Shown here: positions 18,323 to 25,473 of the stretch, in pieces
Layout: each line of letters opens with the position of its first letter
Position numbering within the stretch: position 1 is the stretch's first letter
From: an uncultured delta proteobacterium
GTDB lineage: Bacteria > Desulfobacterota > Desulfobulbia > Desulfobulbales > Desulfocapsaceae
Direction: 5' to 3'
DNA length: 64,000 nt
Assembly: GCA_963776075.1 (NCBI GenBank)
Contig: CAVZLG010000010.1
Location: 104,500-168,499 of the forward strand
Program-made: the position numbers and the translations under genes
The notes under the pieces: model-generated
What the model was told of the DNA's origin: nothing
The model's database searches: none
The model's input: the letters and a program-made list of their open reading frames with translations, nothing else

Positions 18323-19999
18323 ATGAAAAAAATATTAACCCCTCTGGTCATATTTCTGTGTACCTTCAGCACCTTGGCCTTATCTGCAACAACTGAGTAC
18401 CATCTGGCCAACGTCATTAAGTGCCTGAGGGTCGTCAGCGGAGAAGAAATTCATGACGCATACGATATTAACCACAATGGAAGTATTGGCCTGGATGATA
18501 TTATTCACGAACTGATCCTGGTATCTGGTGAACAGATTCAACCAGTTTCAAACCCGACGCTTCGAATGAATCTGCCAGGAAGCTGGGATGAGGACTGGTT
18601 TGCCTCCCCTGCCGTTTACGATCTGGACGGTGACGGCAGCAAGGACATTATTGCTGGTCGGCATAGCGTCATTTATGTGTGGGATTATACCGGTGCGTTA
18701 AAATGGAGCGCTCCCGTCGGGGAAGATGCAACACAATCTATCGTGCATGGTACCAGTCGACAATACGCATCCCCGGTTGTCGGTGATTTAGATGGTGATG
18801 GCAAGGGTGAAGTCGCCGTTGCTTATTCAAATAAAGTCGTCGTCTATGATCACAATGGCGCAGTGCAGAGCGGCTGGCCTCAGTCATTTCCTCATTCCAA
18901 CAGCGAAATCCGTTCCATCGCAGCGGCTGATCTAAATGGTAATGGGAAAAAGGAACTTCTTGCGGTGAAAACATCCAGTGGACCAGTAACAATTGTCTGG
19001 AATATTGATGGCACCGTCCTGTCGGGGTGGCCACAGGTAACAAATTGCCCGGAATGTAATAACTTTGGCGGATACAATCAAAATATTGGCGCTGCCGACC
19101 TGAATGGAGATTTGGTCCCTGAGGTCATCAGCACCTTTGATATTTGTCACATCGGGTTTAATTATGCAAATGGCACACCCTTGCCCGCTAACCCCGTTTT
19201 TTCTGGGATATACGCAAGCAGTGTTCCCATGTTTCATGATATAGCCCTGGCTATTCAGGGATGGGGGTCGAATGGCAATGATCGTGATGAGTTTACCGAT
19301 TCACCGCCGGTCTTTGCCGATCTGGATGGAGATATGATAGCAGAGGTTATTCTTTACTCTGACCACGAACGTGCGGGTGAATACATTAACAGGGGAAACT
19401 GTCTCTGGGCCTTGAATGATGATATGACGAGAGTTCCAGGTTTTGAAACACCGATCTGCTCGGGAGGGCCATTGTTTACCGGTTACCAAAATAATATCGT
19501 TCAAATTGCTCCTGCTCCTGCATTAGCCAATTTAATTGGCGACAACAGAATGGAGATCATTGTCCCTTCTTACGATGGTTATATGAGAGCTTTTTCACCG
19601 GAAGGTACGCTCTTATGGAGCTATCAATTTGATGTCCCTGGCGGAGACTTTATCGGAGCTTCAGGATCAGCAGCCGCTGATCTTAATGGTGATGGTATCC
19701 CTGAGATCGTATTTTCCACCTATTCAACGAAACAGGATATTTCTCACCTCATTGTACTGGATTCTGTTGGAAACCAGCTTCATAAAATAGCATTGGCAAA
19801 AAGGGGCAGTATGAGCGTCCCGACGCTTGCGGATATTGATAATGATGGCACCCTCGAAATAGTTGTGTCTTTAAAAGACAGACTCGATTACGTTTCTGGC
19901 GGTGTTCAGGTATACGATATCTCTTCCGCCAAAGCCGGTTACAGTCCATGGCCAACAGGTCGTGGGAATCTAAATCGAGACGGGCAGCCAGAGATGTGA
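18323..19999 (+). CDS. secreted FG-GAP/VCBS repeat (7-bladed propeller-like) protein with N-terminal dockerin/EF-hand-like motif
   Basis: Signal peptide MKKILTPLVIFLCTFSTLALSA. DINHNGSIGLDDIIHELILVSG motif. Seven DLDGDG/DLNGNG-type loops (DLDGDGSKDIIAG, GDLDGDGKGEVAV, ADLNGDGIPEIVFS, ...). Confidence 0.8.
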   Translation: MKKILTPLVIFLCTFSTLALSATTEYHLANVIKCLRVVSGEEIHDAYDINHNGSIGLDDIIHELILVSGEQIQPVSNPTLRMNLPGSWDEDWFASPAVYDLDGDGSKDIIAGRHSVIYVWDYTGALKWSAPVGEDATQSIVHGTSRQYASPVVGDLDGDGKGEVAVAYSNKVVVYDHNGAVQSGWPQSFPHSNSEIRSIAAADLNGNGKKELLAVKTSSGPVTIVWNIDGTVLSGWPQVTNCPECNNFGGYNQNIGAADLNGDLVPEVISTFDICHIGFNYANGTPLPANPVFSGIYASSVPMFHDIALAIQGWGSNGNDRDEFTDSPPVFADLDGDMIAEVILYSDHERAGEYINRGNCLWALNDDMTRVPGFETPICSGGPLFTGYQNNIVQIAPAPALANLIGDNRMEIIVPSYDGYMRAFSPEGTLLWSYQFDVPGGDFIGASGSAAADLNGDGIPEIVFSTYSTKQDISHLIVLDSVGNQLHKIALAKRGSMSVPTLADIDNDGTLEIVVSLKDRLDYVSGGVQVYDISSAKAGYSPWPTGRGNLNRDGQPEM

Positions 20000-20277
20000 T
20001 CGATTGATAATCCCCCGTTCCTCTTCCAGTCTTGGCAACACGAGTATGGTTTTGGGAGCAGATCCGGTTTTTAAAACACCTGACATGATCACGCCAATAC
20101 CGATGCTTCATTGCAGGCCCAGAGTTATAGTAATAAAGATAAGCCTGCTGGAGCGTGGCAATTATGAGATTGATACTAATAGTATGATAAACAGGGTCGT
20201 TCCATAGTCGGAATTAACCATTAATAACATGATAGATACATATGTTTAGATGCCCAGGCCTTTGGGAAGGATAAAAG

Positions 20278-20457
20278 ATGAAAAGAATCGTTGTACATCA
20301 ATGGAGAGACTGGATCCTGGAACATATCGGTAACGACAAATACGAACTGATTCAAAAAGATGATCAGTCGGTTCACCCGATTATAGCCAAAAACGCCATG
20401 GACGCAGAAAATCAATGTCGAATGATCATTCAAAAGGCGAGAGAAGAAAGGACTTAA
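20278..20457 (+). CDS. hypothetical small protein (59 aa)
   Basis: Own translation: MKRIVVHQWRDWILEHIGNDKYELIQKDDQSVHPIIAKNAMDAENQCRMIIQKAREERT. GGAAGGA upstream. No domain recognised. Confidence 0.3.
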   Translation: MKRIVVHQWRDWILEHIGNDKYELIQKDDQSVHPIIAKNAMDAENQCRMIIQKAREERT

Positions 20458-20580
20458 CCCATACGTATAGCCTGTTTACCCGAACATATTATAAACATAG
20501 ACAAAATGGTTGTGGAGGGAATAATTTAGTTTAACCTTATTGCGAGCGCTTTTACCCTGTATCCCCCAATGATGCTCATG

Positions 20581-20616
20581 TAGAAAAGGGAGGAGCACGG
20601 GAGTTGCCCCTCCCCC
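20581..20616 (-). terminator. hairpin plus U-tract downstream of the small TM gene
   Basis: Minus strand: GGGAGG-15 nt-CCTCCC followed by TTTTCT. Confidence 0.45.
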
Positions 20617-20665
20617 CAGCGAGAAAAATGAGGTTGATATGGCAATCGACGTCTTATTTTTCAAG

Positions 20666-20833
20666 CTAACCCTGTGTTGGTTGAGCAACAAACGTGTTTT
20701 GTTTCGAAAACACTTTCCCACCTTTCTTAAGAACACCCATCATCGTCCAGCAACTCAGAATAACTAACGGAACTATGATTTGCAAAACGACTGGTGCGAG
20801 CCAGAGATACACAAAATTGTCAGATACGACCAT
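20666..20833 (-). CDS. small single-TM protein (55 aa), paralogue of 8901..9065
   Basis: Own translation: MVVSDNFVYLWLAPVVLQIIVPLVILSCWTMMGVLKKGGKVFSKQNTFVAQPTQG. Strong AAGGAGG 9 nt upstream and its own downstream terminator. Shares the LWLxPVxxQIxxPLVIxxxW core with the 8901 ORF. Confidence 0.55.
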   Translation of the reverse strand: MVVSDNFVYLWLAPVVLQIIVPLVILSCWTMMGVLKKGGKVFSKQNTFVAQPTQG

Positions 20834-21192
20834 GCTATCGTTGCCTCCTTAAACTATTATATTTATTTCGGTGGTTCACCCTGAACCGTTTCAAAATCCT
20901 ATCACTTCTCAAATAAGAAAAACAATGGGTATATATACCTAAAAATCACCAGGTAAACACACTGGTTTTTATATTTTTACACTGTTATCACAAACACTTA
21001 TACTGAAATATTTGCCAAAATATTTTGGAGGTGTGCGCAAAATAGTAATTGATTACCCCAAACACAGAGGCAAGCTTCAAACCAAAAAATAAATCATGAA
21101 CATCCTCGAGCGAAAATGTAGGTGAAAAAGCTACATTCTCTATCGCAACAGGACTTAACTCAATATTACCGCGGAACTTCTTTAGAAACAAA

Positions 21193-21229
21193 ACAGGCCC
21201 AGGTGTGAGCACTTCACACCTGGGCCTGT
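21193..21229 (-). terminator. Rho-independent terminator ending the ECF-sigma transcription unit
   Basis: Perfect 16-bp stem ACAGGCCCAGGTGTGA / TCACACCTGGGCCTGT with a 5-nt loop. On the minus strand it is followed by TTTGTTTCT. Confidence 0.8.
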
Positions 21230-21271
21230 TGATTAGTTGATTAAGTATAAGTAACGTTAATAATTCCTATG

Positions 21272-21880
21272 CTACTTGCTTTTCCCGTTACCGTTTCCGC
21301 CTTTATTACTGTTGCCATTATTGTTACCGTTATCCTTACCGCCTTTATTACTGTTGCCGTTATCCTTACTGCCTTTATTACTGTTACCGCTTATTTCCGT
21401 TGTTGCTACTGTTACCACCTTTATTGCTGTTATTTTTACTGCTACTGCTTGCTAAACCAGGCGACCCACCTTGAGCATTCTGGCTTCTGGTTGATGTCGT
21501 TGTCTGAACAGAAGAGGAACTCTTGTTATTCTTCTTACTCTGGCCCCTGTTAACTGCTTTGTTCCCTTGCACATCGTTGGTGGCCACACCACTTGTTTGA
21601 GTCAGGCCATATGTTTTTTTAGAGTTCTTATTCTTATTGTTCTTTGCATTAAAACCTGCTGCTTCATTCCAGCCGGTCCTGGTATCTCTTCTTGTTGCTT
21701 CTGCAATTTCATCATCAAGAGGAATTGCTTCAGGATCGCGAGGAGCGATTTCATCCTCCGGAACCATTTGACCCTTTTTCCTTCTTCATGTCCAAGCCCA
21801 TTAATACTGGGGTGCAATTCACGTAGGTAAATTATTCTAGTGTCAATCTGTCCCCAGCCCATTTCTTCTTCAAAACGCAT
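21272..21880 (-). pseudogene. frameshift-interrupted gene for an Asn/Gly/Lys/Ser-rich low-complexity protein
   Basis: Three successive minus-strand frames are needed. MRFEEEMGWGQIDTRIIYLRELHPSINGLGHEEGK (from 21880), then MVPEDEIAPRDPEAIPLDDEIAE...SKNNSNKGGNSSNNGNKR (ORF 21384..21767), then SGNSNKGSKDNGNSNKGGKDNGNNNGNSNKGGNGNGKSK (stop 21272). The shifts fall at an A5G3 run and at the edge of the tandem repeat. Confidence 0.45.
21287..21388. repeat. 30-nt tandem repeat (3 good units plus a 12-nt partial; degenerate units continue to about 21440)
   Basis: Plus strand: gttaccgtttccgcctttattactgttgcc / gttatccttaccgcctttattactgttgcc / gttatccttactgcctttattactgttacc. Encodes GNSNKGGKDN-type decapeptides on the minus strand. 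Confidence 0.85.
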
Positions 21881-22340
21881 TTTATGAATTTCTTCTATTT
21901 TCGCACCTGTGATTCTAGAAACAGCATAAGCTATAAGCTTCTTCGTATGCTGGTATCATAGGCTGCATTTAGGCTGAATCATCGTCATTCGCTCTGTCAA
22001 TGCTGATTGTAGGCATCATGCGCATCATCCATAAGCCCTGTCATATCGCTTCTACTGACCAGCATCAGCTTAGTGCCTATCATGTGCACTTGCTCATACA
22101 ACTATCATCTAGTCGCTCTTTCTACGCTGAGTTGCATGCTGCGTCTCAGTTCTGTCAGGCTGTACCTCCGAGACATTATCGTGCATAATCGTCAGAGCTT
22201 TTTCTATACGCATATAAAGGATCTTGCATCATCGCTATCGCTTCTCGCTTCTGCATAAGCATAAGCCTCATGCATATTGCTGCTAATCTTGCAAGCTAGC
22301 TTCGTTAATCTGCTTCAATTGCAGCTACCATCTGCATCAG

Positions 22341-22505
22341 TTAGCTGCGCTCTTCTGCATCTTCTTCTGAAAAAGATGCTTCGGCAATATTTTCTGCACG
22401 CTCCGCCTGCGTCGGATTTTGAAAACTTGATGTTACATCTTCCATTGCCTCTGGCTCTTCCTCATCCGCAAACACCGCAGCCGGAGTGACCAGACACAAC
22501 GCCAT
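22341..22505 (-). CDS. possible small secreted acidic protein (54 aa); 5' end ambiguous
   Basis: Own translation: MALCLVTPAAVFADEEEPEAMEDVTSSFQNPTQAERAENIAEASFSEEDAEERS. See findings for the ATGA-coupled upstream start at 22539 in another frame. Confidence 0.3.
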   Translation of the reverse strand: MALCLVTPAAVFADEEEPEAMEDVTSSFQNPTQAERAENIAEASFSEEDAEERS

Positions 22506-22535
22506 CGCCAGAACTCACCAAATACTTCCATAATT

Positions 22536-23693
22536 TCATATTGAAACCTCCCTCTCCTTTTCTGTTATCAGGCGACTAAATAAAAGCAACCCTTCTGAAA
22601 GCTCAACACCTGATGCGGTATCGCTTCTTTTTATTGTTTCCGGTTCATCAAACCAGCTCAGTCTGACCTGGTTTGATACATCCGTGCTACTATTTTTTGA
22701 GATCATACGTTTGAGTTGGAATGCCCGTTTCCTGGCAGCCTCCTGGTCATTCTCCACGAAGACAACAATCTCGAGATTCAAATGTTCATTCTGTTCCAGG
22801 ATAGAGGTGATGGTCGCAAGTTCTTCCTGCTGCCTGCTCTCCGAAAGCGACTCATCAAGCAATACCTGTTGGTTTAAAATGACCTTATCCCCCCCTATTT
22901 GGTAGGGACGAAATGTATAATCATCATAACCATTAAGACGCTGCACAGCCCTGAAGGATTTGACCCCTTCCCGGTTCTCCTGGAGAAAAGAACGCCAGGA
23001 CGATATCTCTTCGGGTATCATTCCCAGGGCACGATAGATAAGTCCGCTGTTATAAAGTGCAACGGGTTCATTCGGGGACAGGGTAAGCACCGCCTGATAG
23101 GCGCCGAGCGCTTCCCGGTAACTCTTTTCACCCAGGTAGTTATGTCCAAGATTGATGAGCAGCGGAATACTCTCTGGATCGGCCTCAAGGCCCCTGAGAT
23201 AACTGCGGCGCTCCTGTTCCTTATCTCCGTTCGCCCAGTACCCCACCCCTTCCCAATAGGCAAATTCAGGGTTTTCCGGCTCGAGCAGTGATGCCCGCTG
23301 CAGAAAGGCGAGCGCCTGTCCCTCACTGTTGCTGGCCCGCAGTAGCCCCCGGCCGACCAGATAGGCGGACTCCGGGTTTTCCAGGGCCTCTGCCTGAAGC
23401 TGGGGAACAGGAGCAGACGTCTGGACAATCTGAACAGGGATTTGCCGGGAATTCTGGCCAAGGAAAAATGCACCACAGACCAGCAGCGCAATCCCGAAGG
23501 CATAGACCGGCCGGAAGGAAATAGAATAAGATTGAGCGATGAACATCCAGAAGGTACTGATCTTCGATGGTTTTGGTGTGGATACTCGAGCCATTATCCT
23601 GTCGGTCAAATCAGCCGGTACTTCCTTGAGAGGCAGCCTTTGCAGCTGATCAATCAAGTTCTGGTCATTGCTGTTTGAATGTTTTGTATCCAT
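22536..23693 (-). CDS. anti-sigma-factor-like membrane protein with periplasmic TPR repeats and OmpA-C-like terminal module
   Basis: Starts 3 nt after the ECF sigma gene. One TM (FGIALLVCGAFFLG), TPR-like repeats, and a C-terminal module shared with 24333..25337. Confidence 0.65.
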   Translation of the reverse strand: MDTKHSNSNDQNLIDQLQRLPLKEVPADLTDRIMARVSTPKPSKISTFWMFIAQSYSISFRPVYAFGIALLVCGAFFLGQNSRQIPVQIVQTSAPVPQLQAEALENPESAYLVGRGLLRASNSEGQALAFLQRASLLEPENPEFAYWEGVGYWANGDKEQERRSYLRGLEADPESIPLLINLGHNYLGEKSYREALGAYQAVLTLSPNEPVALYNSGLIYRALGMIPEEISSWRSFLQENREGVKSFRAVQRLNGYDDYTFRPYQIGGDKVILNQQVLLDESLSESRQQEELATITSILEQNEHLNLEIVVFVENDQEAARKRAFQLKRMISKNSSTDVSNQVRLSWFDEPETIKRSDTASGVELSEGLLLFSRLITEKEREVSI

Positions 23694-23696
23694 TTT

Positions 23697-24236
23697 TTAG
23701 TTCTTGAGGTTATGGCCAAGTTCTTCAAGCGCTCGCTGCAGGCGCATTTTCACGGCACTCTCAGATATGTCAAATATTTCAGCTATTTCTCTAATCGATC
23801 GTTCGTGTCGATATCTCAAGAGTACCATCTCCCGGCGATCATCGGGAAGCAGTTCAAGGGCGTGAATGAGCTCTCTGGTTTCCTGACCTGCCTCAAAAAT
23901 CCTTGCCGGCGACCTTGCTTCATTGTTGGTGTATTCCTTTGAGAATCGATCAATGTTTCGTTCACGGTTACTTTTTTTCCTGGACCAGTCTTTGGCATAG
24001 TTAAGTGCCAGGGTGTAGAGCCAGGCAAAAAAACTTTTCTGACTCCTGTAGCGTTCCAATTTCTCGAAAACCCTGCAGAAGACATCCTGGGTCATATCGG
24101 CGGCATCTTCAGCAGAGCCGCTGTAACGATACATCAGGTTGTAAACCTGGACCTTGTAACGCTCAACAATGACCGCAAAGGAATCGGTATCGCCTCCCCG
24201 GATTTTTTTGATAAGCGTTTCGTCAGAAACTTCCAT
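23697..24236 (-). CDS. ECF-type sigma-70 family RNA polymerase sigma factor
   Basis: 179 aa. Region 2 (DAADMTQDVFCRVFEKL...FFAWLYTLALNYAKDW) and region 4 (REMVLLRYRHERSIREIAEIFDISESAVKMRLQRA). Confidence 0.9.
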   Translation of the reverse strand: MEVSDETLIKKIRGGDTDSFAVIVERYKVQVYNLMYRYSGSAEDAADMTQDVFCRVFEKLERYRSQKSFFAWLYTLALNYAKDWSRKKSNRERNIDRFSKEYTNNEARSPARIFEAGQETRELIHALELLPDDRREMVLLRYRHERSIREIAEIFDISESAVKMRLQRALEELGHNLKN

Positions 24237-24332
24237 AAAAACGATAACTCTCTAATAGGATAAACGTCTGCCATTCATATTGGTCACATAAAAAAACAAA
24301 AAAGAACAATTGCCGGATCGGTTCAGGAGATT

Positions 24333-25337
24333 TTATTTCGCTGTAACGAAAAAACTGACCGATTCATCGATGGTCAACTTCTTCCCTCTGATCGTTGTCT
24401 TCTGGGGTTCTGAAAACCAACTGACTCCAATCTTTTTACTTGAGATGGAGGGGACTTCAGCAAGCAGGAATTTTTTGATTGCGATCGCCCGCTGGCGTGC
24501 CAGTTCCTTGTTGTTTTTCTGGTAGGTAATTATCTGCAAGGTTCCCTTCTGCATACTGGTAAACACCTCACCAACCAGAAGGAGGGACTGGTAACTTGAA
24601 TCAGCAAGCTCAGAATCAAATGGAATAAACCTGATTTTCTCGAGCGTAATGGTATGTTTACCCACGGTATGATTCCTGTAACTGTAGTTCCGGGTAACAT
24701 TGAGGTAATCTGTCGCCTGACGCGCCTTTGGACCGGATGGATACTGGTCAAGATAGTCAAGCCATGCAAGTTCTTCTTCAGGAGTCCTGCCAAGTTTGTT
24801 CAGGATAAGGGCACGATTATATAAGGCTGAAGGGCTGCCGGGCCAGATATCAAGCGCCTGGGTGTAGAGATCAAGCGCCTCCGTGTATTTCTTCTTGGCC
24901 AGCCGACGATGCCCCAGATAGATAAGTGACTGCAGATGCTTTCTATTAATGCTGAGCGCTCTGGTGTAGCTTTTTTCCTCCTCCGTGGTCATCCCATTTG
25001 CCCCAAACGCCACTCCTGCCCAGAAATTATAGTCGGCATTGGACTGGTCCAGATCACGAGCTTTTTTCAGATATTTAAGAGCCTGTTTGTTTTCATTTTC
25101 CTGCAGCAGAAAACGTCCATAATAGTAGTTTGCCAGAGCGCTGCCGGGATTCTCCTCAACTTCACGCTTGAAACTGTCCCGACCCCGGCCGGACTGGTCG
25201 CTTTGCAGAAAGTAGTCGCCTTTGACCGTGTATTCTACCGTTCGGCTCAGGTCCTTTACCACGCAGCCAGTCGTGAGAATTACCGAGAAGGACAGCGCAA
25301 ACCCCAGACAAATCCATTTTAGTATTATTTTCTTCAT
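24333..25337 (-). CDS. probable lipoprotein with TPR repeats and OmpA-C-like terminal module
   Basis: Signal sequence MKKIILKWICLGFALSFSVILTTGC, TPR repeats, and C-terminal ...ELARQRAIAIKKFLL...IGVSWFSEPQK. Confidence 0.75.
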   Translation of the reverse strand: MKKIILKWICLGFALSFSVILTTGCVVKDLSRTVEYTVKGDYFLQSDQSGRGRDSFKREVEENPGSALANYYYGRFLLQENENKQALKYLKKARDLDQSNADYNFWAGVAFGANGMTTEEEKSYTRALSINRKHLQSLIYLGHRRLAKKKYTEALDLYTQALDIWPGSPSALYNRALILNKLGRTPEEELAWLDYLDQYPSGPKARQATDYLNVTRNYSYRNHTVGKHTITLEKIRFIPFDSELADSSYQSLLLVGEVFTSMQKGTLQIITYQKNNKELARQRAIAIKKFLLAEVPSISSKKIGVSWFSEPQKTTIRGKKLTIDESVSFFVTAK

Positions 25338-25473
25338 TCGATATCGATGTTGGAGATTAATCTTACTTGAAGGCTATCACTGCAGGTACGTAAAATACAA
25401 CCCTTTTTGCATTATCTGACAAGTGAGCAGTTCTGAAAAGAGAGGAGAAACAGAAGATCACAAACAAGGAGAA

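Noticed and set aside
21287-21440. The tandem repeats as a possible CRISPR array.
   Set aside because: The units are contiguous with no spacers, 30 nt in phase with a coding frame, not palindromic, and no cas genes are nearby.
21269-21553. Plus-strand ORF 21269..21553, a hydrophobic Val/Ile/Thr/Ala repeat 'membrane protein'.
   Set aside because: It is the antisense reading of the 30-nt tandem repeats. The minus strand has the operon context and the terminator, so the plus-strand ORF is most likely an artefact of the repeat.
22340-22539. Reading the ATGA-coupled ORF through two TGAs as selenocysteine, which gives a Cys/Arg-rich peptide (MKLWKYLVSSGDGVVSGHSGCGVCG-U-GRARGNGRCNIKF...).
   Set aside because: The Arg/Cys richness is exactly what an out-of-frame reading of the GAA/GAG/GAT-rich acidic frame produces. 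No hairpin follows these TGAs. The alternative frame gives a coherent signal peptide plus acidic domain.
25338-25473. An ECF-type promoter (GAACT-N16-...) upstream of the TPR lipoprotein gene.
   Set aside because: Only a GAACT pentamer is present, without a convincing -10 (CGT/TC) element at the right spacing.
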